From assembly GCA_965261795.1 (NCBI GenBank), contig OZ253476.1:2002099-2066098 (forward strand): a DNA stretch of 64,000 bases. The letters are read 5' to 3'. The position numbers were made by a program, and so were the translations under genes. This document shows positions 35,590-44,109 of the stretch, piece by piece. Source of the DNA: Dehalococcoidia bacterium (lineage in GTDB: Bacteria > Chloroflexota > Dehalococcoidia > Lucifugimonadales > UBA3495). Position 1 is the first letter of the stretch. Each line of letters starts with the position of its first letter. The notes beneath the pieces were generated by a model. That model did not search any database. It was given only the letters and a program-made list of their open reading frames with translations, and was not told the origin of the DNA.

Positions 35590-35745
35590 CAAACGTAACT
35601 GAAACAAGGTAGCAGCCACGCTGTAGACTGCGGGTCCCCTTTGGGGTTAAGGACGAAACCGTCGCCCGCCGAGGCGCATGCATGATCGTAACGCTAAAGT
35701 TACGAAGTCCCTGTGTCTCATAGAGAGCGGGGGCTTTTTCATTGA
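35590..35745 (+). promoter_or_regulatory. probable ribosomal protein L10 (rplJ) leader / attenuator
   Basis: 179-nt structured gap between rplA and rplJ. It ends in an imperfect hairpin CCCTGTGTCTC-ATA-GAGAGCGGGGG followed by CTTTTTC (35709-35740). L10-L12 autoregulatory leaders are established at this position. I could not verify the Rfam consensus. Confidence 0.4.
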
Positions 35746-35754
35746 GGGGGAATA

Positions 35755-36294
35755 TTGCCTACACAAGCAAAGATAGACCGAGTGGATGAGCTAAAGGACA
35801 AGCTGGAGCGGTGCAGTATTGCCGTGTCCACCAACTATGCCGGTATAGGGGTGAACGAGTTCACCGAACTGCGGAGGCGAATGCGTATCGCCGGGGTGGA
35901 GTTAACCGTAGTCAAGAATAACTTGATGAAGCTGGCGTGCGACGCGGCGGACCGCCCCGATGGAAAGTCAATCGTTGAGGGCCCCACCGCTATCGCATTC
36001 GGGTATGATGATCCGGCGGCCGTGCCCAAGGCTCTTACGGACTATATCCGGACCACCCGCTCGATTCTGAATATTCAGGGCGCGGTGTTGGGCGCCGGAA
36101 CGGTCCTGCCGCCGGGCGAGGTGGGCCGGCTGGCCTCTTTGCCGCCCAAACCGCAGTTGGTGGCAACCTTGCTCGGACAGATGCAAGCGCCCTTGCAGCG
36201 GTTGATGGGAGTGATGAATGGCCCGTTGAGGAACCTGGACGCGTTGCTTCAGGCGCGAATCCGGCAGATCGAGTCCGGCGAAGCCGGTGACTAA
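35755..36294 (+). CDS. rplJ: 50S ribosomal protein L10
   Basis: TTG start. PTQAKIDRVDELKDKLERCSIAVSTNYAGIGVNEFTELRRRMR. Confidence 0.95.
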   Translation: MPTQAKIDRVDELKDKLERCSIAVSTNYAGIGVNEFTELRRRMRIAGVELTVVKNNLMKLACDAADRPDGKSIVEGPTAIAFGYDDPAAVPKALTDYIRTTRSILNIQGAVLGAGTVLPPGEVGRLASLPPKPQLVATLLGQMQAPLQRLMGVMNGPLRNLDALLQARIRQIESGEAGD

Positions 36295-36328
36295 TTTAAA
36301 TCATTAACAAGTAAGATAAGGAGGCCTC

Positions 36329-36715
36329 ATGAGCAAGGACGAAGTAATGGCTGCAATCAAAGAGATGAACGTGCTGGAGTTGGCCGACATGGTCAAGGCC
36401 CTGGAGGAGGAGTTCGGCATTACAGCCGCCGCTCCGGTGGCCGTGATGGCGGCGCCCGGCGGCGATGGAGCCGGCGCTGCCACCGCCGAACCTGAGGAAG
36501 AGCAGACTGAGTTCAGCGTCTCCATCAAGGAGATCGGGCCGAACAAGATCAATGTCATTAAAGCGGTCCGGGAAGTCACCTCACTGGGTCTGCGGGAAGC
36601 GAAAGAGCTGGTGGAGTCCGCACCGGCAGCGGTGAAAGAAGGCATCGTCAGAGACGAAGCAGACTCCATCAAGGGCAAACTGGAAGAGGCCGGCGCCGTC
36701 GTCGAGGTTGCATAG
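36329..36715 (+). CDS. rplL: 50S ribosomal protein L7/L12
   Basis: [30 protein letters not shown]...[24 protein letters not shown]. Confidence 0.97.
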   Translation: MSKDEVMAAIKEMNVLELADMVKALEEEFGITAAAPVAVMAAPGGDGAGAATAEPEEEQTEFSVSIKEIGPNKINVIKAVREVTSLGLREAKELVESAPAAVKEGIVRDEADSIKGKLEEAGAVVEVA

Positions 36716-36751
36716 ACTCCCACCCTGCCATCGGCGCCGGGGAGGCACGGA

Positions 36752-36997
36752 TTGAGTCGCAAGAGAGACTTGGAACGATTCCAACGTTTGAAGGCGCAAA
36801 ACCCTGCTTACGTAGGCTTTCGCGGCGGGAATACCGCGCCGCCGAGGCCAACGGAGATCTTGGAATCCGCGGTGTGCAGCGTTTGTAACCGACGCCGCAA
36901 CGTTGCGGTCAGCAGCCTGCCTGAAGACCGCAACGCCTTCGTTTGCTTGCGTTGCCAAGACCAGGAAGAGGCCGCCTCAGCCAGCGCCGCCGAATGA
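36752..36997 (+). CDS. hypothetical small zinc-ribbon protein (81 aa)
   Basis: TTG 36752 with GGAGG 6 nt upstream. CSVC...CLRC. Followed by a strong terminator. Confidence 0.45.
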   Translation: MSRKRDLERFQRLKAQNPAYVGFRGGNTAPPRPTEILESAVCSVCNRRRNVAVSSLPEDRNAFVCLRCQDQEEAASASAAE

Positions 36998-37046
36998 TTG
37001 TTAACGGACTGACCCCACCGGGGTACGGAGCTTCCCGGTAAATTCG

Positions 37047-37078
37047 CCCCAACCTCTCACTGAGGGGTTGGGGTTTTT
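37047..37078 (+). terminator. rho-independent terminator
   Basis: CCCCAACC...GGTTGGGG stem (inner CTC/GAG) followed by TTTTT. Confidence 0.8.
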
Positions 37079-37158
37079 GTTCACTTGCCGGTTGCAGACT
37101 GCCAGCGTACACTGGCGTCATTCTCTCACGGACCGCTTGAAAGGAAGGTAATCGCTTC

Positions 37159-37473
37159 ATGATTAAAGTTACAGTGCTGTACCCACACGATCCCGAAAAG
37201 AAGTTTGACCTCGACTATTACACCAGCACCCACGGGCCGTTGGTTCAACGTTTGCTGGGCCCCATGGGTTTGGTGCGAACCGAGGCGGAGAAAGGTGTGT
37301 CGGGCACAGACCCCAACTCGCCTCCTCCATTTGTGGCAGTGGGACACCTCTACTTCAATACTACCGACGAGGTGCACGAGGCGTTCAAGACCCACGGCCG
37401 GGAGATAATGGGCGACATAAAGAACTATACCGACATTCAACCAACGTTCCAGATAAGTGAGACGATAGACTAA
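37159..37473 (+). CDS. EthD family reductase
   Basis: MIKVTVLYPHDPEKKFDLDYYTSTHGPLV...VGHLYFNTTDEVHEAF is typical of the TIGR02118/EthD family. Confidence 0.8.
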   Translation: MIKVTVLYPHDPEKKFDLDYYTSTHGPLVQRLLGPMGLVRTEAEKGVSGTDPNSPPPFVAVGHLYFNTTDEVHEAFKTHGREIMGDIKNYTDIQPTFQISETID

Positions 37474-37515
37474 TGGGTGTTCCGGGTTCCCGAGATTCGG
37501 TCAGAGGTCCATGAC

Positions 37516-37982
37516 ATGGCAGCCACTGCTCGAACTAGAGACCTTTTCGCCGATGCACGGACCTTGTATGCCGACCCCTTTGGAGATGCTGGACCAAGGC
37601 AAGCTCCGCAACGCGGCGGAGAAGGCTTGGGGAGCCACTAAACGGGCGACGCCTTGGTGTCTTGGCCAGAACAGGGGAGGAACCGCAGTCAGCCGGGCAA
37701 TCCAGGTGTGCCCGGCTGAGATTGAGCACCACCAGCCCAGCGTTTGACGTGTTTCAGGGCCGATACAACACCAGGTCGGCGTTGTTGCACGTCAACTGTT
37801 TCTACGACGGTAACTGCGAACCGGAACAGGAGATGACTGCCCTCATCGCCGCTACCAGCACTTATATCCGGGACGCCGAGCGCTTGGTGTCCATCTGGAG
37901 TCCACGGGCCCGGTATCGCGCTCTCTTAAACCTGACCAATCGTATTGGAGGGGGACCCTTTTATGCCGCAAACGGACTTTGA
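37516..37982 (+). pseudogene. PaREP1-like / HEPN-superfamily gene disrupted by two +1 frameshifts
   Basis: Frame 1: MAATARTRDLFADARTLYADP. Shift near 37575-37585 to LEMLDQGKLRNAAEKAWGATKRAT. Shift near 37650-37660 to (V)LARTGEEPQSAGQS...FQGRYNTRSALLHVNCFYDGNCEPEQE...YIRDAERL. Joined, this reads as one coherent protein. Confidence 0.55.
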
Positions 37983-39603
37983 AGACCTGTCCCGCCGCCT
38001 AATCGAAGAGTATTGGAGCTTCTATCCTACGTCGGGCTCCCGAGTCGGGCGGCACGAATATGATGGCAGGCTGCCAGACCTTTCGCAGGCTAACCTTCGT
38101 CGGCGGGTAGAGCAGGTCCAAAAAGGGCTGGCATCCCTCTCCACCTTCACACCCGATGCAGGCAATCCCGACGAAGCCCTCAGCCACCGGATGTTGGAGT
38201 TGTTCCTGCAACGGGAGCACTTCGCCCTGACCGAGTTGCGGACATTGGAAAACAATCCGATGCGACAGGTAGGTTACTTGGACGTAAGCGGCTACCTGAA
38301 CCGGGACTATGCTCCCTTGGCTGAACGGCTTGAGTCGGCGACTCGCGTGTTGCGCCAAGCGCCGGACTTTCTGGATGGTTTAAGATCTGGGTTGGCAGAC
38401 GGCATTGGCCGACCGGTATTGGACATGAGCATCGAGGCCTACGCCGGCATGGCGAAGTTCTATCGGGAAGACCTCGTGGGGGCCGTCGGCGATGCTGTCC
38501 CTCCTGTGGGTTTTCACGTCGCCAGGGAAGCGGCCGCGGCCGCTTTGGATGACTTCGTGGAGGACCTCAAGGAACGGAGCCGCAATGCGCCCTCTGATTT
38601 CGCCATAGGTCCCGGTCTATACGCCAAGATGCTGGAGGTAGGAGAGGGACTTTCCACGCCTGTGGCTGAACTGGAGACGTTGGGACTGGCGGACTTGAAC
38701 CGCAACCTGGAGCAGATAGCCGAGGTCGCCGCCTCTATAACGCCGGGGAGACCCGTAAAGGACATCGTGGAGGATATTTCCCGGCGTCACCCATCCGCCG
38801 ACGAGTTGATCCCCGAAACCAGAGACATGCTGGAGGAAATTCGCCAAGCGTTATTGGACCTGGACTTGATCAGCATCCCGTCGGAAGACCGGTGCGAGGT
38901 AGTTGAGACCCCTTCTTACATGCGGTACGCTTTCGCCGCCATGGACAGCGCCGGGGCATTGGAGACACGGGCCAACGAGTCCTTCTACTACGTCACGCCG
39001 GTAGACCCTGAATGGACCGCCCGGCAGCAGGAGGAGTGGTTAAGCAACTTTAACTACGATACCCTGCGGGTGGTGTCGGTCCATGAAGTCTACCCGGGCC
39101 ACTTCGTGCACCACCTTCACAATCGCTACGGGCGCCCCTTGCCGTTGGTAAACCGGGTGGCTACTTCCTACGCCTTCACCGAGGGTTGGGCCCATTACAC
39201 CGAACAGATGATGATGGAGGGTGAGTACGCCGCAAATTCGCCCAACCTGCGGCTTACCCAGCTATTGGAAGCGTTGGTGCGCGACTGCCGTTTCCTGTGC
39301 TCCATCTGGATGCATACCCAAGGAATGGCGGTGGAGGACGCGACGCAGTTTTTCATGGACCACGCTTACATGGGCGAACTGCCGGCCCGGCGCGAGGCTC
39401 TGCGGGGCACGTTTGATCCAGGGTACTTGAACTACACGCTGGGCAAGCTGATGATATTGAAGCTGCGGAGCGATTACCGCCGTGAGAAGGGCAGCGCCTA
39501 TTCCCTTAAAGGGTTCCACGACCAACTGTTGTCGTACGGCGCCCCGGCATTGCCTCTGCTCAGGCAGGCTATGTTGCGAGACCCGGGCGACACTGCGCTT
39601 TAG
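37963..39603 (+). CDS. DUF885 domain-containing protein (metallopeptidase-like)
   Basis: HEVYPGHFVHH motif and the overall DUF885 pattern. ATG 37963 with GGAGGGGG upstream. Confidence 0.8.
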   Translation: MPQTDFEDLSRRLIEEYWSFYPTSGSRVGRHEYDGRLPDLSQANLRRRVEQVQKGLASLSTFTPDAGNPDEALSHRMLELFLQREHFALTELRTLENNPMRQVGYLDVSGYLNRDYAPLAERLESATRVLRQAPDFLDGLRSGLADGIGRPVLDMSIEAYAGMAKFYREDLVGAVGDAVPPVGFHVAREAAAAALDDFVEDLKERSRNAPSDFAIGPGLYAKMLEVGEGLSTPVAELETLGLADLNRNLEQIAEVAASITPGRPVKDIVEDISRRHPSADELIPETRDMLEEIRQALLDLDLISIPSEDRCEVVETPSYMRYAFAAMDSAGALETRANESFYYVTPVDPEWTARQQEEWLSNFNYDTLRVVSVHEVYPGHFVHHLHNRYGRPLPLVNRVATSYAFTEGWAHYTEQMMMEGEYAANSPNLRLTQLLEALVRDCRFLCSIWMHTQGMAVEDATQFFMDHAYMGELPARREALRGTFDPGYLNYTLGKLMILKLRSDYRREKGSAYSLKGFHDQLLSYGAPALPLLRQAMLRDPGDTAL

Positions 39604-39627
39604 CGGGGCGTTTGGAATGATAGCTGG

Positions 39628-40341
39628 TCAAGTGGTCCGGAAGGTTATTTTGCGGAACGCCTCCCCATAGGTGCATTCCTGTTCCGAAGCCGCTTCGGTG
39701 GCTTGCGACTCGATGAAGCCCCTGATGTCCTCCGGCGAATAATCGGCCACTTGGCTGGTGTGGACCATGACCGCCCTGGTCTTGGCGTCCAGGAATTCGC
39801 CGATGTCGACATAGGTGTCAGGCCGTTCTGTGCCCCAGAACAAGACAGTGCCAGTTTTGTGGGGCTCCAATCCTTCGTCCTTCCATAGTTCCATGAAGTG
39901 AAGGTGGTCTCTGGCGCAGGGGAACACTGCGTCCAACGCTACTTGGCCGGTAATGCGGTGGTCCCGATGCCAAGCCAGGTTTTTGCGGTACGGCTCGGGG
40001 CAGATAACGACGTCGGGCCGCACCTGCCGGATTTGCCTTACCAAGTGGCGGCGGAAATCGCTGGTGTCCTCCAACTCACCGTCTGGGAACTGAAGCTCCA
40101 CCACTTCCGCCACGCCCAACAACTCGGCGGCTTTTTGCTGCTCGCGTGTTCGTTGCATTCCCAGGGCCTCTGAACTTACCTCGCGGTCGCTGGCGCCTTT
40201 GCCACCGTCGGTGCACAGCACGTAGCGGACTGTCGCGCCTTCATTGATCCACTTGGATATAGTGCCGCCGCACCAGAACTCCGCCTCGTTCGGGTGAGGA
40301 ATGACTACCAGAACTCGCTGCGGGACTTCTTCCATCCGCAA
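39628..40341 (-). CDS. PIG-L family deacetylase (MshB/BshB-like)
   Basis: VLVVIPHPNEAEFWCGGTISKWINEGATVRYVLCTDGGKG... (the HP.DE...G motif of LmbE/PIG-L enzymes). Confidence 0.85.
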   Translation of the reverse strand: MRMEEVPQRVLVVIPHPNEAEFWCGGTISKWINEGATVRYVLCTDGGKGASDREVSSEALGMQRTREQQKAAELLGVAEVVELQFPDGELEDTSDFRRHLVRQIRQVRPDVVICPEPYRKNLAWHRDHRITGQVALDAVFPCARDHLHFMELWKDEGLEPHKTGTVLFWGTERPDTYVDIGEFLDAKTRAVMVHTSQVADYSPEDIRGFIESQATEAASEQECTYGEAFRKITFRTT

Positions 40342-40630
40342 GCCACCTCCAAGCTGAACACCCTGAATATTGCGGCTTATCAGCCGTTCGGCGCCATTGC
40401 TCCGGGGCCTAATTTTGGAGCGAATGGCGACGAAACCCTATCACCAGTTGAACTTTTACCTCATTGATGAGGCCCGATTTTGACGCTGCCGATGCATGTT
40501 ATGCAGCCAATCAGCCGTGTTTCTCAATTGGAAGATACTCTGCTACAATCCGCCGGGAGTGTCAAGGGGACGTTGGCTTCAGCGTCCTGGCGGGATTGGC
40601 GTTAGTCGGATTTTAACAGGCGGAGGAATT

Positions 40631-41248
40631 TCACCGGTGTGACGTGACACTTTCCTTACCCGGCATCCCGCACTTATTGAACACCCTTCCCGCCAGTATT
40701 CCGCCTGAAATTATTATTTTTAAGGCGTCATCCACGGATATGTCCGTCGGGGTTAATTCATGGGCAGGCGCCATCAGCAGGAACCCCGATGATGGTATGG
40801 GAGTGGTGGGGATGTAAACGGCAACTATTTCCGCCCCGTGGGCGTCCACCATCCTAGATGTCACCAGCCCGATGGACTGTATGCCGGGCCTTGGGAAATC
40901 TACCAGGACCACTTCAGTGTACCGGTTGTTGCCTTCGTTCGAGTTAGACAACAGCTCCACTGCCGTGCGGGTAGTGCCGTAGATGGTTTTGACCACAGGA
41001 ATTACTTCCAGGACTCTATGGCCGATGCCGATCAGCCTCCGGCCGACTACGTGGGCAGCGATAAGCCCCATGATATAGACGATGATCACCAGCACCGCCA
41101 AGCCTTGGCCCGGTATGTCGGGGCCGGGAAGCAGCGCCAAAGGGCCCCGCAGAATGCCGTCCACCAATTCAAAGACGAACTTCAGAATCAGGATGGTAAT
41201 GCCGATGGGCAGCATCACCAAAATGCCCGCAGCGAAGGTGCGCCGCAT
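40631..41248 (-). CDS. DUF502 domain-containing membrane protein
   Basis: MRRTFAAGILVMLPIGITILILKFVFELVDGIL...GFLLMAP. A start at 41326 is possible. Confidence 0.75.
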   Translation of the reverse strand: MRRTFAAGILVMLPIGITILILKFVFELVDGILRGPLALLPGPDIPGQGLAVLVIIVYIMGLIAAHVVGRRLIGIGHRVLEVIPVVKTIYGTTRTAVELLSNSNEGNNRYTEVVLVDFPRPGIQSIGLVTSRMVDAHGAEIVAVYIPTTPIPSSGFLLMAPAHELTPTDISVDDALKIIISGGILAGRVFNKCGMPGKESVTSHR

Positions 41249-41344
41249 GTGCCTAGCGACTGCTGACAGCGGCGGTAAAGCCCGGTGCGATGAAGATGAG
41301 CGGGGGTCGTGCAGTGGGGCAGCCAAATGGTCCTCCGATTCGTC

Positions 41345-42556
41345 TCAGCAGCTTTGGGGGACCAACGCGGCGTATAACTCCGTTACGCGAGCGGCAACGT
41401 TATCCCAACCCAGCCCTTCCGCCTTTTGACGAGCCGCCACACCCATACTGTGTTGCAGCTTCTTGTTTGATATTATCATTTCGACGGAGTCTGCGAAAGT
41501 CTCCGGGCAACGTAGAGGCGTTAAATATCCGGTGCGCGCGTGTTGAACTATTGTGGACAGGCCGCCGACTCGGGCTGCTACCACGGGTGTGCCGCAAGCC
41601 ATAGACTCTAAAGCAACAAGGCCGAAGCTTTCGTAATAGGAGGGCACCACACACACGTCGGCAGCATTGTAGTATTTCGGCAGGTATTGCTGGTCCACTC
41701 TTCCGACGAAGTCGAACAGGTCGCCCACGTTCAATTCCGCAGCTAAAGAACGCATTCTGTCGACGTCTTCGTCCTGGCCCACTCCGCCGCCGACCACCAG
41801 GAACCGGACCTCGTCCCGCTTTTCCAGTTGGGCCGCGGTGTGCAGCAACAACTCCGGCCCCTTCAATGGCTCCAGCCTGCCTACGTATAGGAGCACCTTG
41901 CCGCCGTTGATGCCCAATTCATCCCGGACGGTCTGTTGGTCTAACGGGCGAAACAGCGACAGGTCCACCCCGCACGGTATCAAATCTATTGTGTTTGCGT
42001 TGGCTTGATAGAGGCGCACCATGGCGTCTCGTTCGTGAGGCGTGAAGGCGACTACACGGTCCGCCGACGCCATCACCTCTTGCTCGATCCGCTGCCGCGT
42101 TTCCGGTCCCTCCTCGCCCGCGCGCGATTGGGATTTTACGGCTGCCAAAGTATGGAAGGTGGTTACGTGAGGGACACGCCAACTGGAACTCAGCGCCTGC
42201 CCTACCCAGCCGGACAGCCAGTAGTGAGTGTGGACCGCTTGGTAGTCCAGTCCGTTGTCCCTTTGAAATGCAAGGAGCGCATCATTGAATGCAGGCAGGA
42301 AAGGAAACAGGCGCTCCACGGGCGCTTCGGGGTCGCCGCCGGGCAGGTGAATCACTCGTGCAAAAGGGGCGATGTCCGTGGTCTCGTTTGCGCATCCGGG
42401 GTGTTCCCTGGTGAAGACGTCCACTTGTACGCCGCGGTTGGCCAAGGCAATGGCCAACTGCTTGACGTATACGTTCATGCCCCCTGACTTGCCCTCTCCA
42501 GGGGCTGCCAGGGGGCATGCGTGGAACGAGATGAATGCTGCTCTTTCGACGTTCAA
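41345..42556 (-). CDS. GT4 glycosyltransferase, MshA-like
   Basis: ISFHACPLAAPGEGKSGGMNVYVKQLAIALANRGVQVDVFTRE resembles the MshA N-terminal signature. C-terminal E..G....EAMA.G.PVV block. TTG 42556 overlaps the upstream TGA (TTGA). Confidence 0.75.
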   Translation of the reverse strand: MNVERAAFISFHACPLAAPGEGKSGGMNVYVKQLAIALANRGVQVDVFTREHPGCANETTDIAPFARVIHLPGGDPEAPVERLFPFLPAFNDALLAFQRDNGLDYQAVHTHYWLSGWVGQALSSSWRVPHVTTFHTLAAVKSQSRAGEEGPETRQRIEQEVMASADRVVAFTPHERDAMVRLYQANANTIDLIPCGVDLSLFRPLDQQTVRDELGINGGKVLLYVGRLEPLKGPELLLHTAAQLEKRDEVRFLVVGGGVGQDEDVDRMRSLAAELNVGDLFDFVGRVDQQYLPKYYNAADVCVVPSYYESFGLVALESMACGTPVVAARVGGLSTIVQHARTGYLTPLRCPETFADSVEMIISNKKLQHSMGVAARQKAEGLGWDNVAARVTELYAALVPQSC

Positions 42557-43530
42557 CTTCGTCTTACTGTCATCTGGTAAAGGTTGCGCGGCGTGCCGCC
42601 AAGGTGCTGCTTGTAGGTCTCGGAACCCCGCAGGAAGTCGAAATACTCCAGCCTTTGCTCGATAGCTTCCTGCAGGCAAAGGGCGTTTAATAACAGGCCC
42701 ACGCTGTAATAGCCGTAGCCAGGATCGTAGCCGCTGTTGTACAGCAGGCGGGAAGAGGCGTAGTCGAAGCAGAGGCTGGCGGCTACCGTGGTTTGTTCCA
42801 ATTCCATGAAGTACAGCCGCAACACGCCAACTTCCGCCATTCGACGGGACATATTGCGGAAAAACTTCTCCCGGTCAGCGGTCATGTACTCCGCTTTGTC
42901 ACTGCTGCTGAGGCGCATCAAACGAAGAAAGTCATCCAAACGTGACGAGACCTCGTCCGGGTCTGTCACAACGTACCAACGCCAGTCGGGTTGAGCTTCC
43001 AAGCGCCTGAATTTCCGGCGAAGTTCGTGGCGGTTTTTCTTGGAAAGGACTGCCAGGTAGTCGTCCCACGTTGCCGGCAACTGGATGCCGGAGGCAGTGT
43101 CTTCCTGCTGAACCTCTACCGAGTACCCCCGCTCGCGAGCCAAATCGGGCAGGTGCAGCAGCGTTGGCGATGTTTCCACCAAGGAGTCCAGTTGCATTAT
43201 TTCCCAAGGCTGGTCTTCCAACTGCTCCAGCAGGACCTCGAAGAACGGGGCTTCGAAGCCTTGGCGCACCATGAAATCGTTATAGTCGACCGTCTCCTGG
43301 CTGCCAAGGAAGGCCAGCGTGTTTCCGGTGCAGGTCAACGAGGCGATGGCGTCAACGCCGTTCGGCGACGGAACATAGAACCCGGCCATTGTCTTCCCGT
43401 CGCCAAAGTTTTCCCACCAGACCTGCTGCCATTGCGGGGAGAGGAACAGGGTGTTTACCGGAGAGGACGGAAGCATACCGATCCACTCCGACTCGATTTC
43501 CTGAAAAGATGTTAATGTTTTCGGGGCCAC
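42553..43530 (-). CDS. GNAT-fold acyltransferase of the FemAB/CelD-like (Acetyltransf_6) type
   Basis: LFLSPQWQQVWWENFGDGK N-terminus and YFDFLRGSETYKQHLGG C-terminus are typical of this family. Confidence 0.65.
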   Translation of the reverse strand: MAPKTLTSFQEIESEWIGMLPSSPVNTLFLSPQWQQVWWENFGDGKTMAGFYVPSPNGVDAIASLTCTGNTLAFLGSQETVDYNDFMVRQGFEAPFFEVLLEQLEDQPWEIMQLDSLVETSPTLLHLPDLARERGYSVEVQQEDTASGIQLPATWDDYLAVLSKKNRHELRRKFRRLEAQPDWRWYVVTDPDEVSSRLDDFLRLMRLSSSDKAEYMTADREKFFRNMSRRMAEVGVLRLYFMELEQTTVAASLCFDYASSRLLYNSGYDPGYGYYSVGLLLNALCLQEAIEQRLEYFDFLRGSETYKQHLGGTPRNLYQMTVRRS

Positions 43531-43534
43531 GAAG

Positions 43535-44044
43535 TTACCTCCGGTTTAACAGGGCTAACAGCCCATCCCTACCAGGGGCGAAGTGTTCGAACCGGCCCCG
43601 GGCTGCCGTGGTGATCACGCGGTTGCCGGGCTTTTGTATCCCGCGCATTGCCATGCACAAATGCTCTGCTTCCAACTGCACCACCACTCCATCAGGGTCA
43701 AGGGCCGACAATATAGAGTCCGCCACTTGTCCGGTAAGCCTCTCTTGCACTTGCAGGCGGCGGGCGGCAACCTCTAAGGCCCGGGCAAGCTTGCTCAGCC
43801 CGGAAATCTTACTGTTGGGGACGTAGGCCATGTGTGCAGTACCGAAAAAGGGAAGCAGATGGTGCTCGCAGAGCGAGTAGAAGGGAATATTCCCCAATAC
43901 TACGGGGTCGCGGTGTTCGGCTTCGAAGACAGTGTCGATGGCTGATGCGGGGTCCAAGCCCACCCCGGAAAGCAGCCACTCGTACATATTGGCTATCCGC
44001 TCCGGCGTCTCCTGTAACCCTTCCCGGCTGGGGTCTTCACCCAC
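43535..44044 (-). CDS. folE: GTP cyclohydrolase I FolE (true start probably upstream, up to 44113)
   Basis: GEDPSREGLQETPERIANMY, LCEHHLLPFFGTAHMAYVPN, QVQERLT. See the finding on the start codon. Confidence 0.85.
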   Translation of the reverse strand: MGEDPSREGLQETPERIANMYEWLLSGVGLDPASAIDTVFEAEHRDPVVLGNIPFYSLCEHHLLPFFGTAHMAYVPNSKISGLSKLARALEVAARRLQVQERLTGQVADSILSALDPDGVVVQLEAEHLCMAMRGIQKPGNRVITTAARGRFEHFAPGRDGLLALLNRR

Positions 44045-44109
44045 CCCTTGTAAAAGGGCAGTGATTGCTTGTTTGACCAGTTGCTGTTGAATGCTGTGTA
44101 CCCTCGATG

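Noticed and set aside
40524-40604. Plus-strand TTCTCA-N17-TACAAT followed by a long hairpin, considered as a small RNA
   Set aside because: The -35 is weak and no U-tract follows the hairpin. The hairpin is better explained as the 3' structure of the convergent or adjacent minus-strand DUF502 transcript.
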